Shown: positions 24,870 to 38,620, numbered from the stretch's first letter. The stretch: DNA of 64,000 nt from Octopus sinensis (GCF_006345805.1 NC_042997.1:135408001-135472000), one strand, 5' to 3'. Notes: generated by a model not told the origin, from the sequence alone. Numbers and translations: made by a program.

Positions 24870-26644
24870 TTCTCCTCCGTTGGTTTGTCCTCGAGAAGAT
24901 CCCAGTACAGTTTCTTTGTGAGATATTTTTGGCATTTACCAACCGCACTGGGGAAAATGCCTTTGAGTGTGTGGGTGCAGACTTTTGGAGATGTGTAATA
25001 TTTTGATGTGGTCTGGTGGTGTTGTGTATGGGTGATTGTTTGTTTTTATGTCATCTTCTGTTATGTTTGTTTTTGATTGGATGTATTCCATCAAATTTGT
25101 GTTTTTGGTGTCTATGGCTGTGAGCATGTTTGCTGTATATGTTTTTGTGGTGTTGGTGTGGCTGTTGTTTGCGTTGGGTTTTGAAATGTCTTCGGGAGAT
25201 GTATTTCCCCCTGCTTTGTTCGTGTTTGCATTTGGTTGGTTGTGTTTCTGCTCTTTATTTTCCTTCTTTTTGTAGCTATTTGCCATTCCTCACTGGTTTC
25301 GTCTTCCGACGAAATTTCTGAGGATCAGAAGGGGGTAGGGGTATGTTGTGGGCTTCTATGTATGTCTGTGTAAGTGGTTGTGTTGTTGTTTTCGTTGTTG
25401 TTGGTTGTTGAGTGTTTGTGTGTGTTGAGTGCGGTATAGGGATGGGGGATCAGTTTGTGTGTGTTTTCTTTTTTGTTTTTCTGTTCCTTTGGGTTTTGCT
25501 GTTGTTCTTGGTGTTGGAATTGGTTTTATTTGTTGTTGGTGGTGATGATTCTGTTCTTGGCGCTGGTGTTGGTGTTGTTTGGTGGGGTTGGCTTGTTCTT
25601 TGTGTTGTTTTTTCCTGCATTCCGCATACAGCTTCTTGACTAGCTGTCCATATATTGTGGTGGGCAATAATCCTGGCTTTTTGTGATTTTTCTGTGGCTG
25701 TTGTTTTGTGTTGTAATTTTGCGGCAGATTTGCACTCCTTTTTGAGGTGTGCCTCACTGCCACATGTATAGCATCGTGGCCTTCTGCCCTCGTACTACTA
25801 TAACTTGCGGCCATCCTCAAGATGTACTGGGTGGGGTTTTATTTATGTCCTCTTGACTTATGTGGTGGGGAATCTATGTCTCTCTTCTCTAGCCAGCCAG
25901 TCCTTGTTTTCCATCTCAAACCACCGGATCATCGTAGAGGATGTAAGTCCTCCATTCTCGATGTTAAGGCGGTTTATTTATCACAGTGTTGTAGTCACTT
26001 GGGGGACACCACTGATAATGACTTTCGTCACCTTCTGGCCGAGGTAACTCGGTGTCAACGTTAGTTCATCAGAATGAAGGGTTATCGTTGAGAATTTCTT
26101 CGCCAACTTCATTCTTCGAAAAACCACCTGTACGTGTGCGAACTTGTTCGCCCAAGTCACACAATCCTTGTATCCCCAGATGGGGCGTAAGCACTTTTCG
26201 ACTTTGTCTGTGCTTGCCTTTTCTGGACTTTTAGTTTTTTTATTTGTGATTTTATATACATTGTCTTTTTTTTCTCCTCATTCAGTATGTGCTGAGGTAT
26301 GTGTAAGAGTATTTTTCCGTTTTCATTTGTAATAAGGTTTCTGCAATCTTTAATCTGTTTTGTAGTAAACGAAACTTTTGTTACCTTTTCTTTTATCGCC
26401 TCGGCGAAGTTTGTTGTTGTTTTGTTATTGTTGTTACTGCCGGTGGTGTGGTGTTGATGGCAGGGGTGTGGGTTGTAGGTTTGTGGTTGCTGATTATGCA
26501 ACTAGCAAGGGTGGGAAATTGCCTGCGTAATTTAGTCCTGCATTAGCGCAAATTTCGGCATTTCGTTTGCTTGTCGTCGTTATTTTTTCACTTGTTGGTG
26601 ATGGAGTGAGCAGTGGTTGAAGGGAATTGTTGTTGTCGTCGTCG

Positions 26645-26679
<35 letters not shown>

Positions 26680-27043
26680 ATTGTCGTTCTTGGTGACGGC
26701 GGTGGTGTTAGTAGTATTAGTAGCATTGACGGCACGGTCTTTGGTGGCGGTGATGGTGGTGTTGGTATTGTTATTGGTGGCGATGTCTTTAGTAGGGATA
26801 GTAGTTTTAGTAGCAGATTCTGCCATGGTGTTGTTGTCGGTGTTGGTGGTGGACTTACTGATGGTGTTGACGGTGCTTGGCCTTACGACTTTTCTTTTGT
26901 ATTTGTTGCTGTTGTCGATGTTGATGGTGGTGGATGTGGTGGTGTTGTTGTCAGGTTCAGCGTATGCTAACAGAGCATCCTGTTTTTCCGTCTCTGCGTC
27001 ACGCTTGACTTGCACCTCAGCCTCGTGGTGACCAGTGGCCATT
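24870..27043 (-). pseudogene. Tx1 ORF1 (gag-like, Thr/Asn-rich N-terminus, CCHC zinc knuckle)
   Basis: Starts MATGHHEAEV. YEGRRPRCYTCGSEAHLKKEC (CX2CX4HX4C) at 25732-25773. Fragmented by indels and stops. Confidence 0.8.
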
Positions 27044-27299
27044 TTGGAAATAAAATGGCTAAATGAAACCACGAAGGCTATGAGAATTTTTTCTTTTAAA
27101 TTTTGCCCACAAGGGGCAAAATTTTGTGTAGATATTTATCAAAGGTTTGCAGTGGATGTTGTTGCACAACTTTTAAACACAAGATATTTGTCAATATACA
27201 CTTTTGAACGTATAAAAATACCAACTTACGTGGAGCCCATTTGACTTGCGTCTGTCTGTCCAGAGAGAGTAAAGATAGATAGATACACACACAACACAC

Positions 27300-27425
27300 A
27301 TATATATGAATTCTACTAAATTCACTGGTCGGCCTGGGGTTATAGTAGTAGCTCAATGTGCAAAGCAGTGAAACCGATTCCAAAACCATACGGCTGCAAA
27401 ACGATCTTATTAAACACACTGTCAA
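27300..27425 (-). mobile_element. Degenerate SINE family A head
   Basis: GGTCGGCCTGGGGTTATAGTAG resembles GGTCGGCCTGAGGCTATAGTAG of the 15225-15715 copy. Confidence 0.45.
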
Positions 27426-27594
27426 GCATGTCTGTATCTATCACAAAATGGTGGGAGTATTTGTCCTTCAAGTATGAATTTATAGGTATTGAAGTCACTA
27501 TCTATTTTACTATTGTTAAATAACAAGACAAATCTACTAAATGAAATGTAGGGCTAAATAAGAATGTGTTGAAAGTTTCCTGAAGCAGCGCTGA

Positions 27595-29700
27595 TATTCA
27601 TATATAATAATAATATGAAAGAAATTGTTGTATACAGTGGTCAGGTGCACTACAACTAAGAAAAAACAAAGAAAAAGGAAAAATCACAGAATGCGTAATG
27701 TTGGCGGATATCAGGAAGCATGGAAGTTTCGAAGGATAGGTATTTCGGCAGCTAAAGACTGCTGCGGGTAGTTTATTCCATGCTTCAAGAATTCTGAGCG
27801 CGTGAAAAATGTTTCCGAAAGTCATGGATGCTGTGTTGTTTTTTGATTTTGTGAGCATGTCCACGAGTGCTTAGTGATGTAGCTAGTAAGGCTGACTGGA
27901 CAGTAATTGACAGGGGATGTGAGAACACCTTTTTTTTAAACATAGGAACGACACTGGCAATTTTCCAGTGCTCTGGACAGACACAGTTGTTAAAGCAGAA
28001 TTGAAAGAAGAATGAAAGCTAGTGCCACGTTTGAGAAGCAAATAAGTAACACCATCAAGATCAGGAAAGGCATAGTTGCGCTTATTCTCTTCTAGAGATG
28101 ACGTAAGATCATCGCGGTTGTGAATTTCACAGATGCTATATAAAAGTTGATGTCAGAGTTGGTGAAGAAGCTGCATTTGAATTTTCAACATTAAAAATGA
28201 CGGGCATAGCATTCAGCAATAAGCTATGCTCATTCCTTGGGGTCATCAGTGATCCGATTGTGTGGGGATTGTAAAGAGGGCCTACTGGAGAGTGATGTCT
28301 TTGCTTCGAAGTACACATATACAGAACAGAATGCTGTCATGTATGGCTGATATACGTTGTTCAAACCCAAGCGCTGCCTTTTTTGTTACTTGCTTGAGAT
28401 GGTTGAATGATCTCTTGCGTCTTCTTTTCTCATCTGTTCTATGATGTCTATATTTCTGTTCAGCATCACGACGATCTTTTCAGACAAGTCGAACTGCTGC
28501 AGTCGCCCAAATTGCACTTTTTTTCTATTTTTAGAGCGTTTGTGCGGTACTGATACTTCACATACAGCCCAGATTGCACTGAGGATATTCTGAAAAACAG
28601 TATTAGCGTACCCGGAATCGCAAAATTCAAACCAGTTTGGGGGTCGTAATTCATCACAAGTGAGTGGCTTGCAGATAGTGGTGTTACATGTTTCTACCTA
28701 TAAATGAGAGATTGGCAATGATCATAGCATGATCGGAGTCGACTAGATGTTCCTTGATAGTAAACTGATAACAGTTTCAGGAGTGGTAGTAAAGAGCAGG
28801 TCCAAAGACTTGTTACCTCTTGTGGGAGAGGCGAATCCTTGGGACCAGTTTGCATCCAGCACTACATCAAGGAAAAGTTTCCCAATGAATTTCAGGGCAG
28901 CTGAAGTCACCAGCAATAAAAAAATAAGTGGCTGTTTTCCCTAGATTCAGTCCTGAAGATTTCAAAAAGCTGTGTGTCTTGATGGTAATTTGGTGGGCGG
29001 TAGACAACTCCAAGTATCGGTGTTGACATGTTTATGCGTAATTCGCAAAAGAGTGCCTCGTGCTGTGGTTTGTTCAAATCATCACAAGGAATAGCTGAAA
29101 AGCTTGACGATTAGCATGATCTCTGCGAAATTAGTTGTAACCAACTACGCTAAAACACCATTACAGAGTAGAGAATGTGCCCATGATTTTGTGACTGTGA
29201 TGAAATCGGGGTCAATAATTTTGATATAGGAGTCAAAATTGCACGATGTTGCACAAACTTTAGGCATTCAGGAATAGGAACTTGAAACGTGATTTTATCC
29301 CATCATAAGGGCATATAGAAGATGAAATATGTGTTTTGTTGTTCAGTGGCAGCACTGAGGATAATATTTGTCCGATGTTGTATGAATGGAGTGATGTTCT
29401 AGTTGATGGTGGTGGGTGGGTGTTCATCGGCTTTTGGATATTCGACGTTGGATCTTCAGACTTAGATCGGCCCTCATATTTTCCAGGTAATCTAATAAAA
29501 AAGAATTTCACCTTGGTTTATTTTATATGGTGTTGTGCTTTTTCTGTGATTATTTCTTCTTTGGTTAGTGTTGTCTTGGGAGGTGGATGGTGGTTGATTT
29601 GTTTTTGTTGCTCTTCCTCGTTGCAGTTTATCTTTCATTCATTTTGAGCCCTTCAGATGCTGGAAGTTGCATTCCAAGTTTAGGCACATCCTTAGAGACA
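27595..29700 (-). mobile_element. CR1-clade LINE with the RT core deleted
   Basis: APE motifs (AGDFSCPEIHW, SPTRGNKSLDLLFT, SDH) and PDLDG...KKG..SPVNYCPVSLTS are joined directly to the C-terminal TRGHAHKIKK...HFFTLRILEAWNKLP and an (ATT)n tail. Confidence 0.85.
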
Positions 29701-29978
29701 GAGCCATAGACTAGGTTATAGCCATAGCTTAGGGTCAGGGTCATAGACTCTGTATTTGGGATAATATTTAAGGTAACGGTAGAGGCAGTCTTTTCCAGTT
29801 ATAACATATGGAGAGATGCCCTTAATAAGTCTACGACATAAGGAAGGATGGGAGAAAGGACAGTAGTGTCCTTTGTTGTTGGAGCCGCTGGGGCCGAATT
29901 TACAGTTACCCTGAGTCAGGCTTCTGGAAGTAGAAGAGGATTTTCTATATTGACATGCGGGAAAGGGAGAATTGCTAT

Positions 29979-29979
29979 C

Positions 29980-30022
<43 letters not shown>
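29979..30022. repeat. (GTA)n
   Basis: Directly visible. Confidence 0.95.
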
Positions 30023-30023
<1 letters not shown>

Positions 30024-30195
30024 CATCTGTAAGCAAATGTGAAATGGAATTCTGCTTTACGCACGCTATATAAGCCCTCATAACTTTTATTATTATTATT
30101 ATTTTATTTTAATATTCTCAGGAAAATTTCTGCGTTTTAAGCGACAAAAGCGACAAAAAGAACATGTGGTGGGAAGCTTGGTAACAGCTTGGCGT

Positions 30196-30242
30196 GTTGC
30201 TATGGAAACAAGCACTTATATGTCTGTGGCTTTCGATTGGCT
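30196..30242. promoter_or_regulatory. RFX X-box (GTTGCTATGGAAAC) with a downstream inverted CCAAT box
   Basis: Motif match only. No associated gene was found. Confidence 0.3.
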
Positions 30243-30973
30243 AAAATTACCCAAAATATGCAACAGTCAGAAACTATTAATTCTTTATTTATTGATTTAT
30301 GCCGAAAACGAATTTCACGATTACTTTACAAAACTACGTTAATACACCTAATATGAAATCAATTGAAACAAATATTGAAAAAATTGATAAGTAGCTGTCA
30401 AACAGAAAAGATTCTTGTGAAATTTTATGATTCGTTTCGTACACGTAGCTGTCCTATTCGAAATTAACCCTAACCCTCCCGATACAAGCTATTCTAATGA
30501 TGTTATCCAAACTAACACTTTGTTGTGTCCAGCATTAAAATATATATTAATATACAGACTTCGCAAAATCAATGCCGCATTCTATCTTAAAACGCTAAGC
30601 ATCGTCTATTTCACTATACTTCAACAAGAACGAGAATTAAGATTCAAAATCTAAGGCGGTGGAATAACTATTGAAATAATTTGCAGTTTCCTGGAAGAAA
30701 AGCACCACACTACAATCCGAGTATTATAACAGAATTAACCCCAAGAATTAAAATATGATATTCCATCATAATAGAAATTGTACACTATCTGCTTGTTTAA
30801 CAATTTCTATATTGTTGGGAAAAAAAGTTGTAGGACATATCAGTTACATACTTGTTTGTAATCTGATTTAAAAGACAATGCGGCAGATATCTGTAGCATA
30901 ATCGATAATAAGGACATCTGTAGTAATAGAGATGGTGATCTAATTTTGTCCTTAACAGGATTATTAATAATAT

Positions 30974-31240
30974 AAGGGTGGGCCAAAAAGTTTATAGGTT
31001 GGCTATGAAGCAGTGAGGCGGCAGGAACTGAGAAATTGTGCATGCATTAAGTTTCATCTCTTCATATGAATAACTTTGTTGGTTTTTTTCCAAGTAAACT
31101 GACATCTGACTATTCAATGAATACCTCAAAAGCAAAGCACTGTAACACCGTTATATGAAGTGTGTGTGGACAACAAGCGGGACAAGGTTGAAAACTAAAC
31201 CTGAATTCATCACGTTAGCCTATGAACTTTTCAACTGATT
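30974..31240 (+). mobile_element. Degenerate mariner-derived MITE
   Basis: Imperfect inverted ends (AAAAGTTTATAGGTTGGCTATGAA and TTCATCACGTTAGCCTATGAACTTTT). Internal CVDNKRDKVEN* resembles the mariner C-terminus CVDRKGDYVEK*. Confidence 0.55.
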
Positions 31241-31449
31241 GTCTTCTGTATCCATATATATATATATCTTTATATGTAGGTATATGTATATATATGGATA
31301 TAGATATAAGCATACACTATGAATGTATACAAACGAGCAAACACTCGCCCACAAACGACCCTGTCATAGAGTAGTCTTCCCTGGATAGATACATTAAATC
31401 CCACTAGAAGGATATGCCTTCGCTATCTAGGTACACACCAAGCACTGGC

Positions 31450-31620
31450 AGTTGTATTTGAACTACTAATGGATTGTTGAAAATAATTCCCGTTTTAAGA
31501 CACCTGATGTTGCAGAGCAACTCCAAATGGAACGGTGTATTTCCGTGAATTACCTCCATAAACTTGACTAAGTTGACTACTATGGCAGCGTATCTAGAAA
31601 TATCTTGTTTCCCCAGCAAA
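31450..31620 (+). mobile_element. Mariner transposase HTH fragment (degenerate)
   Basis: IVENNSRFKTPDVAEQLQMERCISVNYLHKLD resembles the second HTH of mariner transposases. Short match. Confidence 0.4.
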
Positions 31621-32167
31621 TATGAAAAGAACAAAGAAGAAATAAAACTTTCAGAAATGAGTGTCTGTTTATTTTTTTCAGACACACACACATACACACA
31701 TACACATAAACATACACACACGAACACACACACGCACATGCATATATGCATACATGCATTTATGTATGTATGCATGTAAGTATGTATGTATGTATGCATG
31801 CCTTCACTTACACACATACAGAAATGACAATGTATCGGAAATTAAATAATACTCGAACAGCCATTTATGTTTGTTTCACGTTCGAGAGGATTTCGATGTG
31901 TTATATTTTAAATTAAAATATTTCAATAGGAAAGCTTTTTTGTTTTAGTATTTTTCGACAAAATTCATGTAAACATTTCCTAATTTCGAACTCCAAGTTT
32001 GCAGTTTTGCTTCCTGTTTTAATATAGGTTTTAATGTCTTGAAATCTCTATTTAATTTTACCATCGTTGATTTATTAATTTATAATTAATAATCTAGTTC
32101 ATGGTATTGTGTATTCTTTGTGCATTCTGCTTTACATATGCTGCAATTAGTGCCGTATATGTAATTG

Positions 32168-32187
32168 ATATAGATAGATAGACAGAC

Positions 32188-32279
<92 letters not shown>
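32168..32279. repeat. (GATA)n
   Basis: Directly visible. Confidence 0.97.
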
Positions 32280-32399
32280 GGAGACTTGTTCATACCCAAA
32301 ATTCATTACCTTTTATTTTACAATTTTATCCAACATATTTTTATGGTTATTACGACTTACACTTGTTTTCAGTGCACAGAGTATAGATAGTTGCACACG

Positions 32400-32610
32400 C
32401 AACTGTTCATAATTTTCCATGCAGCTTCGCTCAGGATCTGTCCACCAGCTCGTCCCAAAGCGAACAGAATACAGTTATTTGCTAGCTATTTGGTTAGGGT
32501 TCGTGGGGAAGTGAGGGGAGATTGCTTTGAATCTGAAATCTGTTGGTTGACCACTGTTTCACACCAGTTACTGTCCGAAGTCAGGATTCTATCTAATTAG
32601 GTCAAGGTTA
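32400..32610 (-). mobile_element. Mariner transposase catalytic-domain fragment (degenerate)
   Basis: LDRILTSDSNW...SPLTSPRTL resembles LDRIITGDEKW...P...PK. Short match. Confidence 0.4.
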
Positions 32611-32701
32611 ATGTTATTGTTTTGACAGACTTCGTTAAATAATTGTAGCAGTTGGGTAATCAATGATCATACTTCCACGTGTTGTCCTTGTAATGTAGTG
32701 T

Positions 32702-32813
<112 letters not shown>

Positions 32814-35112
32814 CCAGTGAGAGAGAGAGAGAGAATTGTGGGGCGTGGTATATTGTATTGTACACTCCAGATTTGTTTCACAGTTCTGATGATGTTGTAT
32901 TCTGAAATTAGTCACAAAAATGTTCAATATATCTGTACAATGCACAAACCCAGTAAGATACAGGAAAAAAAGTTTATTTCGCTTGGAATGCAAAACAATT
33001 TCATCTTTAAAAACGTTGCCTATCTGAATGCAATTAAGACACCTACCTCGATAAAATACCATCTACAACAATGGGACATATAATAGGCTATAAAATACAC
33101 CTAAACGTCAAAGAAAAGTAATACATCTGTTCAATATGCTTGTGTCCACAGACATGCTGACAGCTGTCCTCGTGTTTTCTCTCCACAGATTTTCACAGAT
33201 GTATTCTTTACATTCGTTGTGGCACAACAATTTGGTTAACAAATTCATAGATATATTGTATAATACATTATAACATTATATCTATGCACTGATAAAACAC
33301 CAGCAATTTAAAAATTGAACTATATATAGTCACACCACATGTACATAAAAACAAGAGTATGCTTTGACCAATGTGCACCAACAATCACACTAAAATATAT
33401 ATACACAAGACTAAATGAATGTTTGACCGACACGTACATACAAACAATTATTACAAACTATTTACTTTTAACTTTAACGACAAAGAAATTAAGATGAGCT
33501 TATTTCTTTGTTTATTTTAACTGCGTTTATTTAAATATGTCACCAATATTTGACGAAATGATTGAGGATGACTCAAACTTGCCTCGATTCTCGACTAAAA
33601 AATACAGATTGAATATATAAATAGATAGATAAATAAATAAATGGATAAATAAATAAATAGACAAATATCTCAAATTTGTTTAACGTGCGTGAGTAGAAAT
33701 ATGAAGTCGAATTCATTTGATGTTTCATTATCCTCAGATGTGTGCTGCATTAACTATAGACTCCAAATAAGATGAGATACAGTGTAGAATGGAAATAGTC
33801 ATAGATCTTTCCCCATGAGTGTTTCTACCTCTAATCTCAAGACACAATAGCTATAAATAGTTTTTCCATGGTTTCAAAATACATACTCTTTTACTTGTTT
33901 CAGTCATTTGACTGCGGCCATGCTGGAGCACCGCCTTTAGAATGACAAAAATATTCATAGACGTTTTCCAATTCAGTGGAGAGTCTTTAGTTAAACTATG
34001 GATTATTACGATTTTCAAAGTGAAATATTAGTCAACGTTTGTCCAAAAAATTCATTTTAGTTTGTCCAATATTGCTTTTCTTTATTTGTTTATTCTTGCT
34101 GTTCTCTATTTGAGTTGCCATAGCGGTTAAAGGAAAATAATATTTAGCAATGCTTCGTTCATGAAACTTTCTTGTGTGCGTAAGGCATGCGTCATCAATG
34201 TAATTTTCCAGACATCTTCAATGTGTACATTAATCGTTAAATTACAAATTGTGAGTTCCAAATAAAAAGTTATTTTCAGTTTTAAAACAAGCCTTTCTTG
34301 CCCTCATGTTTTAAAAGTTTCTGTCTGTCTCTTTCTTCGCCCCTTGCACAAATTTATTAAATCCCATTTTAATAATGCTTCGATATTAAAAAAGTACCAG
34401 TAACATCTCACAACAAAGATCTTTATATTTTGTAACCTGAATTACTATTTAATCTAATGTGAATTTCGTCTATGTTAAGAGTTATTTGCTGTTAGTAATT
34501 TGTGGCACTTGGATATTTTTTCTTGGATTTGATGACTATAGAACAAGGTAAATCCGAAAATTTAAGAGGTTACCAAATGGGTTACAAATTAAATCTCATT
34601 CACGCTATCGAATGTTTCAACGCCATCAGAACTACACCGACCAAAACAGAATAAAATTAATGAACCACGTCAGGGTGCATAAAAAACAAATCAATGATTC
34701 CTCTGTTACAAATGCTCTATATAGTCAACATCTAGACATTTGAATGAAAAGGAAATTCAAAATATTCTTTCCTTTCTAAAAAATGAAAGGAAATCATCAA
34801 TAGCGAAGATCATCAAGAACGAAATAATCAATAATGAATAGGAAAATAAGATTATCTTATTATAATGTTGAGTCTCAATTAAATCAACAATAGTGAGAAA
34901 AGGTACTGAAAAAAAATATTTCTTACAATACGCGTGCCAATAGTGAAAGTGCCTAAATTCTCTGTTACCATGTCTCTAATTTCCTTTCTTAATAGATTCT
35001 TCTTAAAGTTAACAATTGCTAATTTTAGAAAATCTATTTTCAAGTATTGTGATGTACCAACAAAGTTTTCCAGAACTTATATTTGCATGCAGACAGACAC
35101 ATCCATCCGTCC

Positions 35113-35216
<104 letters not shown>

Positions 35217-35530
35217 CGGACCACTAACTCACCATCTTGCACTGGATGGTGTAGCTATCTTTCTGCTCTTTTAAATATTTGTATTTCTGTCAAAATGTCT
35301 GATATGTTGGATACATTCTTTTAATAAAAACATACACATGCTCACATACATCCACATATGTATGTATATATGTATATGAATGTGTGTATATATATATATA
35401 TGTGTGTGTGTATGTGTGTGTGTGTGTGTATATATATACACAGGCACTATTGTTGTAGCCTTCAGATGACGCCACCCCGCTGGCTAAGTGAGCAGGCCAT
35501 ATATATATATATATGTATATATATATAGAT

Positions 35531-37284
35531 CAATAGGGTTTAGCAACGAGTTGCCTAACCACATACCGATTTAGAAATAGCAGTCAAAGGGTTATAGCTA
35601 TTTCTTCTACTAAAAAGGGGATCTCAGTAAAAACAGCATTTGGAAGGCAGACAAAAACAGGTAAGAGAGAATGATTGACTGCAATCTATCATACATTTTT
35701 TTAGTATCCACGGACGTACGTTTCGAATCAAGTTTTTAGGAAAGCATAAGAATTAATATAAATATTAAATAATTCTATCTTACCGAAACTTCTTTTCTCT
35801 TCAGCGTAGAATACATATCATAAATGATATATATTGAATTTTGAGATACCAGAAGGCCCCAACTCAACTCATATCAGAGCGAGCTAGAATCCGCAACTGG
35901 TATCACCGAATTCAATTTGTGAATGAACGATTGTGTCAACAGCCCCTCCCACCCGCGTGTAGCCAAAACAAGATGCTGTGTCATCTACTGAGATAAAATA
36001 TGGTTATCCGTATAATGAAGGTAAATAATTAATTTGGAAAATTATCAATACACCAAGTAGTCTTCGGCATGTAAAAGCATTCGAGGAAAATTTAAGTAAT
36101 ACAAGCAATAAGGGTTTAGCAACGAGTTGCCTTACCACATACCGATTTAGAAATAGCAGTCAAAGGGTTATAGCTATTCTTCTACTAAAAAGGGAGATCT
36201 CAGTAAAAACAGCATTTGGAAGGCAGACAAAAACAGGTAAAGAGAATGAATTGACTGCAATCTATCATACATTTTTTTAGTATCCACGGACGTACGTTTC
36301 GAATCAAGTTTTTAGGAAAGCATAAGAATTAATATAAATATTAAATAATTCTATCTTACCGAAACTTCTTTTCTCTTCAGCGTAGAATACATATCATAAA
36401 TGATATATATTGAATTTTGAGATACCAGAAGGCCCCAACTCAACTCATATCAGAGCGAGCTAGAATCCGCAACTGGTATCACCGAATTCAATTTGTGAAT
36501 GAACGATTGTGTCAACAGCCCCTCCCACCCGCGTGTAGCCAAAACAAGATGCTGTGTCATCTACTGAGATAAAATATGGTTATCCGTATAATGAAGGTAA
36601 ATAATTAATTTGGAAAATTATCAATACACCAAGTAGTCTTCGGCATGTAAAAGCATTCGAGGAAAATTTAAGTAATACAAGCAATAAGGGTTTAGCAACG
36701 AGTTGCCTTACCACATACCGATTTAGAAATAGCAGTCAAAGGGTTATAGCTATTCTTCTACTAAAAAGGGAGATCTCAGTAAAAACAGCATTTGGAAGGC
36801 AGACAAAAACAGGTAAAGAGAATGAATTGAATGCAATCTATCATACATTTTTTTAGTATCCACGGAGTACGTTTCGAAATCAAGTTTTTAGGAAAGCATA
36901 AGAATTAAATTAAATATTAAATAATTCTATCTTACCGAAACTTCTTTTCTCTTCAGCGTAGAATACTATAATATAAATGAATATATATTGAATTTTGAGA
37001 TACCAGAAGGCACCAACTCAACTCAGTATCAGAGCGAGCTAGAATCCGCAACTGGTATCCCGAATTCAATTGTGAATGAACGATTGTGTCAACAGCCCCT
37101 TCCCACCCGCGTGTAGCAAAACAAGATGCTGTGGTATCTACTGAGATAAAATATGGTTATCCGTAATAATGAAGGGTGAAATTAATTATTTGGAAAAATT
37201 ATCAATTACACCAAGTAGTCTTCGGCATGTAAAAGCCTATTCGAGGAAAATTAAGTAATATAGCAATAAGGGTTTAGCAACGAG
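35531..37284. repeat. Tandem array of three ~576 bp units plus a 20 bp terminal redundancy
   Basis: GGGTTTAGCAACGAG recurs at 35536, 36112, 36688 and 37270 (periods 576, 576, 582). (TA)n tracts flank both sides. Confidence 0.97.
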
Positions 37285-37319
37285 TATATATATATATATT
37301 ATATATATAATATATTATA

Positions 37320-37358
<39 letters not shown>

Positions 37359-38620
37359 CATATTATACATACATACATACATATATATATAGAGAGAGAG
37401 AGAGATGGTGATAATGATGATGCCAATGATACTGATGAGAATTTACTGATAATAGAAAGCAGATATGAATAGTGTTGTACTTTGTAGAGTTTAATGGGTG
37501 GCAGTAGATGGTGTGAGAAGTATAGATGGAGACAGAAACGATGATGGTTGTGATAATCATGGCGTTGATGTGGAGTGTGATGGTGGTATTTGGCCATGTC
37601 TATTTCTGTTGTGTGCATTCAGGAAAATCCCGTCTTTATGCATGTGCGTGTATGCCTACATGTCTGTTGCTATATTTTCGTATGTTTAGCTGTAAGTGTG
37701 CTTAAATATTTGCTGGTATTAGTATAACGTTTGCATGTCCAGTGCTGCCCAGTAAATATCTATGTATTTCTTTGTTTGCATCTGCGTACATATGTATGTA
37801 TATATGTTAGTAGTATTGTGTGTATGTATGTATGTCTGCTTGGGTGTAGTTATATAGGTCTCCTGTGATTTGTATCAATGTCCAGCAACGCAGTATTTTA
37901 CCCGCTTCATCCACTTATCTCATCACGTCACTTTGGCGAATTTTTAGTGTTTTGCTTTCGTCAGTAGTACCGCCATCAGCACCATCGTTAAGTAGACTAA
38001 CCGACTAATTCTTCTTTTCTATGAACACCACCAAAATCAAGATAATCATATCAATTATCATCAAAATATCAACGCCATGTGTAATAGTTCGATCACCAAC
38101 ATAATCATCCCCATGATATTATCATCATTAATCATCGTTGACATCATCATCACCGCACTATCAGCATGTACATTACTACCTTGACCACATTCTCAACCAT
38201 CTCGACTGCATCAACAGTCAAGCTCATCATGACCGCTATCACTTTTAGCACAACCACCAGTAGCATAACGTCACCATTATCAGCGGGAATTTTCGTACAG
38301 TTATCAATCATCACTTAAACATTCACCATTCCCACAATTACCGCCATCTTCTTCGACATTTCTTTCTCATCATATCAGCAACACACCACTACATCAATCT
38401 TTTCCGTCTACCACCACCACTATTGCTAGATCAGTTTTATCATCGTCATTACAATTTCAACATTATTTACTAACTCCGACATCTTCACTAACGTCTCGAA
38501 ATATGACAACACGTAGGGGTGGGTCACCGCCATATTCTGCTCTGCTAACACTAGTATTTTACGGTCATATATAACTTCTCTGTCATTTTCCTCGTGGACG
38601 TCAACTTCATCAGATCAACT

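Larger units (their letters stand above)
20982..27070 (-). mobile_element. Near full-length Tx1-clade (L1-like) LINE
   Basis: ORF1 with a CCHC knuckle, then ORF2 with APE endonuclease, RT and a C-terminal Cys motif, then a 3' UTR with AATAAA. The 5' boundary is approximate. Confidence 0.93.

Noticed and set aside
33120-33240. CHNECKEYIC on the minus strand, resembling a piggyBac cysteine-rich domain
   Set aside because: The match is too short and no other piggyBac features are nearby.
35531-37284. Tandem array as a retrozyme or CRISPR-like array
   Set aside because: No complete CUGAnGA...GAAA core on either strand (the CTGAAGA hit lacks the GAAA). The units are whole duplicates with no repeat-spacer structure, and the DNA is eukaryotic.
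37400-38500. His/Thr/Ile-rich coding-like region
   Set aside because: Degenerate (GAT/GGT) and (CAT/CAC) trinucleotide sequence with stops in all frames.
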